The notes beneath the pieces were generated by a model. The model worked only from the letters and a program-made list of their open reading frames with translations, ran no database searches and was not told the DNA's origin. Source: Iphione sp. A-MEVVRFRX5 (Eukaryota). From it: a stretch of DNA of 64,000 bases. How positions within the stretch are numbered: the first letter of the stretch is position 1; the number at the start of each line of letters is the position of its first letter. The translations under genes were made by a program, and so were the position numbers. The stretch covers positions 68,820,001 through 68,884,000 of the forward strand of contig OZ320319.1 of assembly GCA_976226885.1 (NCBI GenBank), read 5' to 3'. Below are positions 39,776 through 53,377 of the stretch, in pieces.

Positions 39776-42082
39776 CTACAGAGAGGGGTGGATCACTCCG
39801 CAGTGCTTCACCATGCGTTCATTCTTAATGTGTAATGAGCAAAACCCGGTTGACAATTCTACAGGAAAACTTTCCTATTTGTAGGAACGGTTGCTTGCCA
39901 GATAAGAACACTCCGTGGTGTACATGAATTTCTTTTCTTTTCTCCATCGACACTTCAGCCTTTCGGTAATTCAAATGGAAAGTGTTCCCCACACTAATGG
40001 ATTAGTCTCATTAATGGATATGGCGAAATGTAAGCTTCTACTTTAATGGGCGAACAGGCCAGGTGAATAAGGGCGGCCAACTTCCCTCGAAGTGCGTCAA
40101 TTAAGTGGTTGCGCCTTGGGGGTCGACCAACCACTAGAAACCTTGATGACATCCTTCATACCTCGACCAGCAACATCATCCCGTACCATTCTCAGCACTC
40201 ATCCAGGTCGCAATAGGTGCTCGGCCATAGCAAGCACTTCGGGATATGAAGGGTGCCGGATTCCAATGCTTTGACAGGCATTTCCAGAGTAAGATCCCGA
40301 GATGAAGGAGGCGTGCCTGTCGATTAGTGGGTCGAAAATCTCTAACCCGGCTGCCTGGTGCCTAAAACGAAACCAGTGTTCTGTCTTGGCACTTCTCCAC
40401 GCTGATCAATGCTCTTTTTGGTCTCCTGTGTGCGTTTGCATAACATAAGTATTCTTGACGTAAACTTAAGAAAAATAAACATCTATATTTTTCTGTGTGC
40501 TTTTCCCCAGTGGACCAGTTGACTTGTTTGCCGAAATCACCATTAGTATGAAACTGTAAGTATATAATTCTTTACACTTTAGAAATTATATGATTTCATT
40601 TAAATACATTAAGAAATTGGCTACAGATAACACCAACGCTTTGTTAAGGCTTTATATGTTTTGTTGTGATGGAATGTCGTCTGAAACTTTCCCCCGGATA
40701 GTTTCCACTGCCTTCAGGGTATTTAGATCTTCATCGTTTGATCTCGCTTCTACTTCAAGTAATTGCTCGTCTCTTGCAGCATGTTATCATCAAGCCAAAA
40801 CACTGAGTTGCAATATCCTCAAGGGCCTATTCTTTTATGGAGTCTTATACCATTGTCCTAAAGAGGTTTCAATGTGAAATTACACTGAGACGGAGGCTTT
40901 GTTCGAAATCTGTCTGGCAGCGATCCTAGTAAAGCCATGTTATTCAGCTCATTTTGAGCCCCTGGCGATAGAAGCCACACGGGTAACTCGATTACCCTTT
41001 TCTCTGTAGCGTGCAGCATGCAAATGATGTTGCTCTTCTTGATGTAGTTTCTCCGCCATAAGCTTCGTCGACAGGACCGGAAACTAGAGCCACTAATGAA
41101 ATTCATAATTGCAGAACCTTGTTAATAGGATATGAATATGTCGTTTGTGGAAATAGATTAAAACGGCTTCCGTCAGCGGACGGATCTGTGAAATGATACG
41201 TTTCAAGCCCACTTATTACGCGGAGAAATGTTTGAAAACGTGAGGAAAGGATTATTTAAAGTTGCACACTGTAAAGGGTTACCAGACACGTATAGCAGAA
41301 TCCCACATACCTGTATGTGTGCATGAATAGGGAAAAGGGTGTCTACCTCGGAGATCATAGTTTCGTTTGAAAGGTTATCTTACTGTCAAGCTGCTAAGAA
41401 GGATTGAAAACATTACCCAATGAATAGAATGTTCCAAAGTTGTGAACCTGACGCTGCAATGTTAGCACATAATAAAGTGTGTCGTGGAAAAAAGTACAAG
41501 AGCCGGTGAGTGTAATGAAAAGCCGTCGATGTTTTGCAGCTTAGACCGTAAGGTACAGCATAATCTTATTCTATCAAACCAACTCATTGTGTGAGAGACG
41601 CGGGTTTGCATCGCTCCTGCCATAGTAGAGGAAATGGAGCGCTCTCTGAGATATATGAACATAACTCATATTGCTGCTACTACAGTGATGTATGGCAAGT
41701 GACTAGTATCACTGAGACCTACGCTTATGAAGAAAACCGTTCGAGGCTGTGAAAGATGGATCAATATATAATCGTTGGTTTGTAGTCATAAGTGGAATAG
41801 ACAACGTCAGCATCTTAATAGGAATTGCTCTCATGTCAAGGACCGTCGTTGGATTTGTGGCAATCAGTTCAATGAGAGAATGTGACGAGCACGGTAGGAA
41901 TATTGCGAGCACAGAGAACGTCTGAAGATGCACTGGTGCCGCCTTCAAATTCAGTCATCGGAGCTGTTTTACAGAAACCTGGACATCACAATAGTTTCAC
42001 AAATCCGAGATCTTCTTTCTAATCGCTCCTATTTAGAACTCTCCTGGAAGCAAACCGTGTTTTCCTGTGGTTGCTAAACCAA

Positions 42083-42290
42083 CATGGAACAGATTTCTAT
42101 CACAGCAATACGATGCAAGAATATTTTGCCACGTAAAATTTCATTGTCGTCTCGGCCGATGCCGAGGGTGTGCAGATTTGCCACCACATCATGGACAGAT
42201 CTCTATCACAGCAATATGATGCGAGAATATTTTGCCACGTACAATTTCATTTTCATCCCGGCCGATGCCGAGGGAGTGCAGATTTGCCAC
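42083..42290. repeat. Tandem duplication, 107 bp x2
   Basis: CATGG at 42083 and 42190. Shared CTATCACAGCAATA.GATGC.AGAATATTTTGCCACGTA and CGGCCGATGCCGAGGG.GTGCAGATTTGCCAC. Confidence 0.9.
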
Positions 42291-45200
42291 TGTGGGTGCC
42301 GCCAATCCTGGAGTTGTGGTGCGAACTCTCCCGCCGGCCCCTGCCAGCCACCACCAAGGTTGGTTTTGTCAAATATTTTTTTCCTCCGGCGCTGTGTACT
42401 TTTTCCTTGGTTGCTGCAGGTGCAGGAGCAGCGTTAAAAAGGCGCCTCCCGCAAAGCACTATGCATCATAAGGTTGGATGGCAGGCAGGGAGGCCAGAAG
42501 CACCACACCGCATGCCTGAAAGCCACCGTCTAATCCTCGGCTCCCTTTTCGCTTTCGCATTAGCCTTTAGCTACAAGTCAAAGAGACATAAAAGTTCGTC
42601 ATATATATATATACGATATATATAACCATATATGTTACACTTGCGTGGGTTTATATTCCGAACATACAGACGGCCTAGGTCCTGAGGGAGAAGGTGCTCA
42701 GCGTGCTTAACTTTGTAAATTCACATGTATTTTAAACTAATTGACCTTGCGCACTGGTGATTATTTGATTTAATTTCCCAGTAGACTCTCCCTCTTCACG
42801 GTGTGTGGAGTTGAGGTTACTGCACGGTACCATGTACCTCACGCCGTTTTCCTGGGGTCATGGGATCCATCAAAGCCCAACAGCTCTCTTTACAGGTGTA
42901 AGCAGGTGTCACCGCTGATGCATTATTCATTTCTACTGTGTAGTTAGAAAAGTTTATCAAGTTTTAACCTATCTACCGTGATTAAGGGGCTATGTACAGG
43001 TTTAACCCCTTATCATCCAGTATCAGATTATCATTAGGCTCCGGCTGTATTACCCCTTGTATGTAGTTAATCAAAGCCTGGCCTAATACGGTATCCCCTT
43101 GCCCCGCGGGCCCAACTCTTAATTGTGTCACCTCGCAAATCAAGTTGGTTACCTACAGAAGGGAAGTACTTGGGTACCTGCTCTAAACAAACGCTAGTGA
43201 GCTAGGGGATGCGAATTTGAGGTTGTAAGAGGAGTGGCTCAGACGTTCGACGCAGAGGCAATGTAAAAGGAAGTCATTCGATATCCAGTGTGTATAAAGC
43301 CCGTCTTGATAAAGCAGGCATATGTCTGAGGGAATAGACAGACACCCCCCACCTTCATAGATAATAATGAGGCCAGAGACCTCTTCAACATGGATGGAAC
43401 TAGCTTACTATATTAATCTTGTCTAACAAGACTCTTGCTACCAGAGGACTAGAGGCCACAGGTGCCAAGAAAGCGACAAAGTGACGGCAGCCCAGAGATT
43501 TGGTGCCTTAAGAGTCAAGGTCAAGGCAGTCCACAAGTCCCTTCCTGTTACCTGAACTTAAAACTGGACGTTGTTGAAATTTATTCGCCCAACCTTCCGA
43601 GAAGAGGATGGCTTCATTAGCGACGCCATGTACTTCTCTCCTGAGACAATGTCCAATCCTATCCAAAACGCTCCACATGTCCTAGTATCAAGCAAATAAA
43701 GCTGCATTTTCCTAATAGCTACACATAGTCACCATGCCATCAAACATAAAGATATGCATTTTGAAACCTGGCGTGAAGTTACCTTTTAATAATCTCCCTG
43801 GCTATCTTCACTGATGAGGAATATAAATCTAGGCCATTAGGAAACCTGGTTAGGATGGCACTGCGACTGCCCAACCTGTGTGGACAACGAAACCGAGGGA
43901 GTGCACTTATGCAGAGATTGGTTGTCTCACATGCAGCCATTTGAATACCCCATATCAGACGGAGATGGGGCGACGGCCAAAAGCATCGGCAAAACTGACT
44001 TGTCCTACATCCAACTAGTAGTTGTGGCCTCTCAAACAATATATTTAACTTTACTTATTCTATAAGGCCGTATATTTATAAAATGCAAGGTGGCAAAAAG
44101 GTACAAATGAACAACATTACATTTCGAAGTAACATTGGAACTCAAGTTCGACTAATGACAAAGTTGTTCAGCCAAAAGTGCCAGCCATCATCCAAGGCTC
44201 CCCACGTCCGCGATGTGGTTAAGTTTCTCAAATAATATCGTATATAATGCATGTCCAGTTTCTTGCTATTTGTCGTCTGCAGTGCCGTCAGTCTCGGTCT
44301 ACAGAAGAATGCTTATCCGCAGTCTGATTTGTTCAGATGGCCACTTTGAGTACTTCCTTTTGGTTATCTGACCTCCTATGGAAGAAAGGGCTGGTCTCAA
44401 AGGCAATCACCTGCTTCAGCTAAAGAATGAATGTTTATGACCTAGCAGTTAAAGCGGCCTTTTTCCGTATAACTGTGATTTAAATTTAGTCTTGTCTCAG
44501 ACTAAGTGAATCGCTTTCTAAATATCTGTATTCTCACAGTGATTATGTCTTAACATGTTCAGTGGATAAACGTCTACCGCAGGAAAGCTTGACATGCTAG
44601 TCTAAATATTTGAGCAAGGTGCAGTCATTCTACTGTGGTCCTTCCGCCCAGTAATGTTATTACTGGGAGTAACCCACTGGAAAGCGCCGCCCTGGCGGGA
44701 AACCTGCGAACCATCTCTCCGCCAGCGGCCTGCTCACAATCTATGCTGAATCAATATCAAAATTGATCTCGGCGAGAAAACACGTATTAGATGGATTAAG
44801 GTGAGAGGAGAACATGATTTAAAAGGGCCGCAGCTTGAAAGGCATTTATATGTGGCGGTGAGAGTAGACGTCTCTTTCCATAGGCTGGGGCTGGCAGACT
44901 GCACATTCTCGTACTGCTAAGCCCCTGGACCTGTCATCTGATCGATCTGACCTTAATGCTGTAAACCCGCTCGGGGCGACCACAAAGGTAAAAGCATCCT
45001 GCCAACCGAGCAGAGGTCCATCTTCGCTTCACACCGGTACTGAAACCCGAGAAAGATGGTGAACACCGCAGGAATTAACCCAAAGCCCCCAATACCCTCA
45101 TCGCTTGACTAACTCTACTCTGAACGTTCCATATCGCTCAGGCTCTAGCTAGGCTTTTATTGGCAGAAGTTATCAATGCCAGTCCCAATCGGTCCGGCTA

Positions 45201-48099
45201 AAGCCATATGCTATGCATGGGGCGGACTTTGTTGATCGTGATCAGATTGAATAATGGTGATTCTAATGGCATTTCGAAATCATCCTGATGGATTTTTTCA
45301 TTCTCATTCTTTCAGAGGGGTTTATTTATAACGTATCCTATTATATTCAAGCCGGCTTGAGACTGACCGGCTAAAATTAAAATGCTTTTACACTCTTTGA
45401 GAACTACATGTAACCAAAAATATGGATAGCATTCCTGAGATCAACTGATTTTAACGTATCTACATCGATAGTATGTATTAATATTCCTATTTTAAGTCGC
45501 CATATCACTCACATGATAAACTCTCTGGATCTGTACCGAATATGTCTCGATGTAATAGACATCCAAGCATTTCTGAAGAGTTCAGCGAGAATTATTTCAG
45601 GAACACGTAGATGTTTTCGAAGCTAAAGCGGTGGAACCTTCAGATAGGTCTCAACGGGTTCGGACTATTTATTTATTTAAATATCAATATAAAGAACTAA
45701 CTGCGCCAGCGTGTATGAACCTTTGAGTAGAGACTAGCGACAACTGACTTCCTCATACACATATAGTTTGATGCCAAATCAGTTTAGTCGCGTTGTGTAA
45801 TCTTCATTTTCACTTAGTTGCTTGTAATCAAGACGGTATTCTATCATTGACCCTGGGCTACAATAGAGCTGTAAATTAGGTTCGAAAAGGTTACACTTTT
45901 GTGATCGGTCTTGACTGCCGATTAAAAGCACATTTGAGTTCTTTTTAATAACAGGCAGAATATTGCATATTCGTTGAGATTGCTGTCACTTATATGTTCA
46001 CTATACCGTGCATAGTTGACACGTCAAACCGTTTATTGCGTCTTGGCAACATTTTTTCGTGTTATATGATATAAATCATTCAGAACCGGAAGAATCTATA
46101 CTTGAGTGAAGAGTTTATATTTTCGTGCATTTGTTCATATGGATAGATATATAAATATATATATATGCAGTTTCATGATGATGCTAGTGACCTTCCAAGC
46201 TGGAGATCTATGCCAGCGACAAGCTTCAGAACTATAAATCTCTAGAACGGTAGCTAATGATGGATGCACGATTCGCGCAGGGATAGAGTTCACAAAACTT
46301 GGGGAATTGCCATCAAACCTGATACGTGAAGATCGGCTTGTGTGCATCGAAATGTCTCAAATATTAAAGGCATCAGAGTATCTGTAAAGAAGGACCTCCT
46401 GTCAACGATGCTTTGAAGATCTGATTAATGCTAGCAAAGGTGAGAAAGCAGCAAATGGCATGGATGGTGGTCGGCTGGGTGCGGTCCCTTTGTCAGCCTT
46501 GTTGGTATCATCAGCATATTGAAATGTTTCCGTTGCAGACATAGCATGGTGTTACCAGTACATGTATATCAAAGTCTAGATTGTGTAGTTATTTGGAGGT
46601 GGATGGAAGTATATTGTCAGTACGCTGCATTGCTCGTTTTAATAATCCGCAAGTACACCAATGTGAAGTATACTGAAATATTTGGTGTTGTCACGTGCAA
46701 CTAAACGTAGATATCATCAGCATAATGAACCGCTTAAATAAGTCTCATACAAGTACGTGGAGGGAGGTGAGTACTTGGACTAAATTTGAGGTATAATCGT
46801 ACACAATTATCATGTTGTGAAAAAGGTGTTTTTGATCACATGCAGAAAGTGCTTATACTTCCATTTTTACTTATTAGCGTGTAAATGACTGAATTTGATG
46901 GTCGCTAGTCAACCAATACTGAATATATATTGCTAGAGAAAGAAAGGTACCTGGTAAGCCCGGCGCAAAGTTATTTAACCAGACCTCGGGGTAATGAGAT
47001 ACGCCCAGTAGTTGCGTATGTTTGTTGAACCTATGGTACCATCATTGGCTACATAGGCAGCCTTGGCACGCACGAACAGGGAGTGGTATAAATAATTATT
47101 CCTGGCGGATAAGTTCACTTAAAACATGGCACGACCTTATCAACGCGGCGAACGTGTCGTGTGCCGTCCGTCCCGTGTTGGACCTCTTTGAAAAGCTCGA
47201 GTACTACTGTGCGAAAATAAAAGATGACAACGTGTGGGAATACGACAATGTTTGCCTTCGTCTGGGACTGATTCTCTGAGCGCACTGCTCAAATGCTGCT
47301 CAAGCTTATTTTAGAGCAGAACTATCCATGCGAAGCGCCCTTCGCGCTTTCTCAACGGTGGCTGTGTTTAATCTAACGGGGTCCGAGCCAGCGTAGAGCT
47401 GCGGAACTGCCGGCTAATCTGATTTATTTGATTTGAATCAATTTGTTTTCAGCCGGAAGCTCCGATGGCTAGAATATCAAACCATTAGGCTTGGCTCAGT
47501 GATCAAACAAAGCCGGTCGTTTGCTGTTTTAAAACGGGAGGTGAATATCTTAGAGCACGGATTCTGTCTTTGACATAGCTCGCTTTTGCCGCCCAAGACG
47601 GATTTCTTCCGATAACTGACGATGTAAAACGCAAAAAAAGGAGAGCCTCTTTGATATTGGAAAGATGGGTTAGGTTTGCGTTCATCCATTGCGTGTCAAA
47701 AAAGGGGTTGGAGGTTGCATTGGAAAGAAAGTGTGTCCTAGTTTCTGGGGCCTGAAGTAATCTACAGACATGGCAAAGCTGACACTGCTAACAGGAGAAA
47801 AATAGTATTCCTTTCGACGGGTAAATGTTCGAACACGCAAATTATTTCCTGATTTATATACATGTATTTTGACATTACATGTATACTGAATATTGACTTC
47901 ACAAAATAAACGGCAATGGCTCATATGGGATAGTGTTGTTTTTACGCAGATGGTACTCATTTGCTATGGTTACAAGCTTATGTCGGCTCTGGGAGAAAAG
48001 ATAACTAACCATAATTGCCAAATCAGGCATAGCTTAGAAAGTCGACAGCTGTAAGGACATGAGCACCTCAGGATTCAGACCTTGTCAGACTAATTTGTA

Positions 48100-48800
48100 G
48101 GCTACTGGCCCGAATGGCTGGCGTGACCTCGAAGTCTTTGGTGTGTACTCCCGGTGCCAATCAGCGCCCGACCAGTGTACAGTCTACTCGGGTAGCCAGT
48201 GTCAACCTCGTCGCGCGCACCCGCATTTACCAGCGAAATCAGATGTCATTGTTGGCAGACGACATTTGGACAAGTCACTTCTGTCGCGCTCAATGTGCAA
48301 AGCGCCAAAATCACCAGTCGCCGGCTTATAGCAGGCTCCAACCAACGGCTTTGGACGCATGGACATCTGGTGATGCTCTGGTGTGATTTTCTTTTTACTT
48401 GTGACCCTGTCTGCCAGGGATTTGGTCAAATCCACGGCTCTGACTGCAGCAGGAAGGGGTCAGAAGGCGCAGTGCGGCAGAGAGACGGGGGGCTCTTTCC
48501 GTTTTCGCTCATGTTTTCAGTGTTCACGAATAGAGTGATTATTATGACTCCCACTGAGGCAACACCGTGATTGAATTGCACGGAGCAGTTCCGACAGTGA
48601 TGTTGGGTGTGCTGTCGGTGGAGGTGATAATGGCGACTTTACGAGTGGTCATTATGACTGATGGCTGGGCCGGGGACGTCCGACAAGTTGCCGTACTGCT
48701 GACTGACTTGTGGGCGGCTGGGTGGAAGGCGGGCCGCCAAGGTAAGCGTAGACAAACGCTGCGTGCCGCGTGCCTAATGCCCACCTAGCCTCAGACGATC
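48100..48800. promoter_or_regulatory. Extended CpG/GC-rich island
   Basis: High GC and CpG. The overlapping short ORFs on both strands show no recognisable homology. Confidence 0.3.
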
Positions 48801-48994
48801 TGCCAGAGACCACGACCTTCCATGCAGCTCCCTAGCTGGCCTGTTTTTGGATAGGTCCACGTTTGATCCGCTGCTATGTCCTTCAAACAGCTCCGAGCAG
48901 CTCGCAACGTATCGATTTGGTCATTACGTCGCGTCGTGTATACACCATCGTTGACCATCATGTCTATCTTGTCCGCTTGTATATATTGAATTAC

Positions 48995-49094
48995 CTTCGT
49001 TAATAGCAAGAATGAAAATAGGATCTGTAACGAAAGCCACAGCACGTCGATCAGTCGCTGCTTTTGGTGAAGTGACCAAAGCCACTTCAAGCAG
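48995..49094 (-). other. Candidate exon (100 nt)
   Basis: ATGTTTGCAG acceptor and AAG|GTAATT donor. Lies 302 nt downstream of another strong donor (GAG|GTAAGT, exon end 49397). Confidence 0.25.
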
Positions 49095-52069
49095 CTGCAA
49101 ACATTTATTTCCCGACGAATATAACACCAACATTTACCTAGCGAGCTTTTAATTGAGTGCTAAATGCCATTTCCCGCTTGAATAAATCAAGAAACAATTC
49201 TGGCCAGCCTTCAATTGTTGCTGAAACATTAGCCGGAGCGCATGACCACTTCCCTGCCCCACCGGGACGTGGCGTGAGCGTATTGCTCCGACTCCCAGAT
49301 AACAGAATAGCTATATAATTTCCCCCTTGCTTTCTTAGTATCAAGTATTACAACTGAGCTAATGTGTGTTTGTACCTCGCTGCCACCATAACTTACCTCA
49401 AAGTCGATCCCGATCGACAGCATGCGGAGAGGAAGACGTCGCACGGTAAAATGTAAATCTTCGTGCAGTCCAATGTGCCTTTTTTCACTATCAGTCCGTC
49501 CAAGAATACCTGAAGACCGTCCTGCCAATGGAACTAGAGAATAAGTCTAGAGGCAAGGCTTGACTTTGCCTGTCTCCAGCTAGTGCGTGGCCTGATCAGT
49601 ATTGTCCTAGTCAAAGATGCTGTGCACTCCCATATCACAACTGCCGGCTGGAAACCGACGCCAGCCAACTTTAACCAACTGGTTCCCAAAGCCGCCACAA
49701 AGAGGAGCCACCGGCCTCGCCACTCGGAAGGCCAGCGCCGGGGGAATCCGGCCTTACGCTAGATGTGAGACATAACATTGCTCTCAGAGCATGGCAATCT
49801 ATATATTTACTAACGACAACTATCTCCAGTCCTGTCCCATCCTTTTATTCACCACACAATACAGTTTACTGTCAGTTTGAGACGTTTCCCGTCACATACT
49901 GGATGACGTTTCTCCACATAACCGATAGCCTACATGTATATCTTGATAATACCCAATGGGGAATATCTCAAGGAAAACGAAAGAAAAATGATGTATAAAA
50001 ATGAAATCGTGCTATCGCTTTGTATTACTATATGCATCCATCTAGCTTCTAGGAAGGGCAAAGTAACATCTTGATTGCTCTCTTGATTATGACGAGAATA
50101 ATCACTAGTTTATGGTAAAACAAATGTATCTAGTGATAACGCATGTGACGTAACTGTAATGGGCACGTTATGTCTCGCAATCAACTCAAACACCATGTCA
50201 GGCACTTAACCTCGCGCTTCATTGCAAGGTCATCTGGTGAGGGGGATACATTGGTGACCAAATCCTATAAGTAATATATTCATCGGATGTTCCACTGCAC
50301 TGTCTGCACAAGAGGCTAACATATATTTCCAAGAGGAGAATACATAACGCTGTGGAAGAACATCTAATGGTGTCGAGATGCTTTTAATTCGACATTTTTC
50401 TATATGAGCCTTAGGCAATTATCAGACTCTCGGATGTGTTTGACAGCGCTCATATTTTTCATCGTCCGTCCGTTGTCTGCGCCTACAATTGATTTCAACC
50501 CTGGAATTCCTCTCGGTAGTCTGGCATATCAACCCGATGCAACGGCACTAAGACGGCCATTTCCGGTCAGGTCCCAGTGAAGAGGGTGACAGGAAATGCC
50601 CACCAGACGGCGCGGCAGAGCACGTGACAATAGGCATTGTTTACGGCCCTAAGGGGACGACTCGTGTCTACCTCACTATGATTTATTGAATCGTTAACCA
50701 AGAAGAGTAGGACGACACAACCGCATATTTCGATCGATCCCCTGGTGGAGAGTCACCTCCTCCAAACAACCGATTCGAAGCCCCAGCTACAGCGGATGAC
50801 GGGCGAGGATATAATGTGGCGGACGAGTTCTTAAAGCGCTCTTCACATTGGTCTTTACTGGCGTGAATTTTTCATGATCTTAAGTTCCATTTAGGCGCTT
50901 GTGGGTGGGATACCGATTAGTCTGAGAAAGGAAAACCTCGACATTCCTCCGATATCCACAATATTACAGCGTTTGCGAGTCGAAATAGGAACCTTCTACA
51001 AGTGTTTCCTACTTCAGTTGCTTGCAAAAAAAGCGAGTTACAATGTCAATCATTGACTACTAATGGACAGAATCTTTTGGTTAGGTATTTCTAAAATCAG
51101 CTTTCCATTCAATTATTAAATGTTATGCTGCTATTTCAACTATGACAAATGTTAAGTATGTATCCCGCCAAGTAAGAGTTACTCATTCTATTCAGCTCAT
51201 ATTGCATGTGTAATGTGCTAAAGAGGAATTCATGCTATTTCCGTATTGCACTGCACAATACCCGAATTATGTCGTGATACTTGAAGAATGAGGAGGTGCA
51301 TAGATATATGTATAAGTGTGCATGTGTGTATTGGTATGTATATCTATGTAAACGGAGGAATATAAGATAGAGAAGGATGTGGCTCTACATGTATGTGTGT
51401 ATAGTTGTGTAGGTATTGTGGGCAAGTGTCAAGTACAAGCTTAGGTGGTGCTATTGTGAAGGCTCACCCAGTGCAGGGGTGAAACTGAAAGATGTTTTTT
51501 TTTCAGTGCAGAGTGAGTTTATTCGGTGCATTACACGGGAGTCATGTAACAGAGCCGTCACTTTTCTGTATTAGTGAAAGTACATCAACCTAACATGACG
51601 TTCACCATTGAAATATTAGATTTGAGCTAGATGTCTCTTTTCTGGTTTCCACGGTAAACTAAATAGAAATGCATTGTCACAGAGGTTTGTAAATTCTTTT
51701 AAAGAATGCAGAAGATATGTCAGAGCTATAACATACTCTGTATAAATATACCAAACCAATGGTATCTAACGGGTCAATAACATGAGTCTGTGTCTCATTA
51801 ATATTTATTGACTTGCCTTTAGAATCTTTTAGCTCCATCATTTATATTAATTTACATATTTCTGGGAGCACTGGCTGAACCTGATTGGCTGGCTACTGAA
51901 TCCAATTCCTGATTGACTGGTACATAAGGATATAGTGTATTGTTTTACTGCAAAAAGGCACCCTTAGAATGTTTGTGAGCCTATAAAATGCACGGCATTT
52001 TATTGAATATACTAATTTGAATTTATACTCTGCTGCGTTTGTGTGCTTTTATTGAAGCAATCTTAACTC

Positions 52070-52245
52070 ATGGTTACAGTATGTGCGTAGGTGGGCATGT
52101 GTGTTGGTATATGTGTGCAAGCAGGAGGAGGATAGGTAAGGGACGTGCGTTACGTGTGTATGTACATGTATATGTAAGTGTGAGTGTGCGTGGAAGTGTA
52201 GGTATTCTCGCCAGATGGTCGGTGTGTCTGTCTGTCTATGTGTGT
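52070..52245. repeat. Degenerate TG/TA-rich low-complexity tract (a similar tract lies at about 51295-51420)
   Basis: Runs of TGTG, TATG and GTGT. Confidence 0.6.
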
Positions 52246-52464
52246 CGTCCCTTCAAAAAGAGCAGATCTGTCCACTTTTTTCCTGCTCAAGGCTTAATTT
52301 CCTTAAGCGGGTTTTTCACAGGCATGGAAGCATGTTTTCAACATTTGTTTTGCATACAGCAGGTGTGTTTCCGTAGGATCATGTACAGGGGAGCACGTTT
52401 TCAAGAATGTGCAGCCGTGTTGTGCTATTTTAGGACCAAATTTGCCTAAGTTTTCGTTTTTCAC

Positions 52465-52918
52465 ACGCAAATGATCCTAAATGCTCCGAAAAAGGGCGAA
52501 AATGATGGAGAAAAGCGTGGAAAAGGATTAATATAGGTCCTAAATGCTCAAAAAAAGGGCGAAAATGACGGGGAAAAGTGCGGAAAAGGATGAAAATGAT
52601 CCTAAATGCTCCGAAAAACGGCGAAAATGATGGGGAAAAGTGCGGAAAAGGACACAAATGTGTGGAAATGTGTGGAAATGTACAATAATCGCATCCAAAA
52701 GTGAAGAAATGTGAAGAAATACATGTGCGTTGGCATGCATTTGGGAGAAATTTATGGGAAGGGACTGAAAACAGGCACCGCATATCACCGCACATTGCCG
52801 CACACGGACACCACCGCAGATAAGGAACACCCCTTATTAGAATCAACAGGACCAATAAAACTTGATTTCACCACACATCGCCACACATGGACACCACCGC
52901 AGGTATGGAAACCAGGCC
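52465..52918. mobile_element. One end of a DNA transposon (Harbinger-like terminus) with subterminal repeats
   Basis: Ends in GGTATGGAAACCAGGCC followed by TTA. Preceded by two copies of C(C/G)CACA..GGACACCACCGCAG, by 10-bp AAATGTG(TGG/AAG) repeats and by a 62-63 bp tandem array. No matching other end found. Confidence 0.45.
52469..52651. repeat. Tandem repeat, 62-63 bp unit x3
   Basis: TCCTAAATGCTC recurs at 52475, 52538 and 52600 with conserved GGCGAAAATGA.GG.GAAAAG..GGAAAAGGA. Confidence 0.9.
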
Positions 52919-53099
52919 TTAGAGGATAGAGTGTTAAAGGGTTACCAGTGTTGAACTAGGTGATAACTTTTTTGGTCTCTTGTCCTAATTTGCTCATAAA
53001 GTTCCTATTGTTGGGAAAGCAGTATTGGACATCACAATTTTTTGTTTATCTATTATCACTCTCAAGGAAATCTAAAGGTATTTTCCACCCATAATGAAC

Positions 53100-53218
53100 A
53101 GGTTTTTTGGTGTCTTTTGGTGCATAGGGGACAGAATCCTATATACCTGCAGGTTTTGTTACAACTCTGGGTACAGTAAACCACTCCAGTCACGATCAAG
53201 ACTCCCGGGCCCAGGATT
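53100..53218 (-). mobile_element. Partial copy of the same SINE (tRNA head mostly missing)
   Basis: Aligns to about 55272-55387 through the shared blocks GTCTTTTG(G)TGCA-AGGGACAGAATCCTATA, ACTCTGGGT and GATCAAGA-TCCC-GGCCCAGGATT. Confidence 0.65.
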
Positions 53219-53377
53219 GTAGTAAATAAGACATGAAATTTTGCCATGAATACCTGAATACATGAATGAAAATTAGGGGCAAATTTATAATGTATTCTCT
53301 AGAAATTTCTAATTCGGATTCATATCCAGAAGAGCGTTTTCATCTAACGTAACTTTGTTTTAAGCTACCCAATTTCT

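Noticed and set aside
44647-44680. Perfect 9-bp hairpin followed by CTGG, as a Helitron 3-prime end
   Set aside because: The base after CTRR is A rather than the T expected at an A-T insertion site, and no 5-prime TC end or second copy was found.
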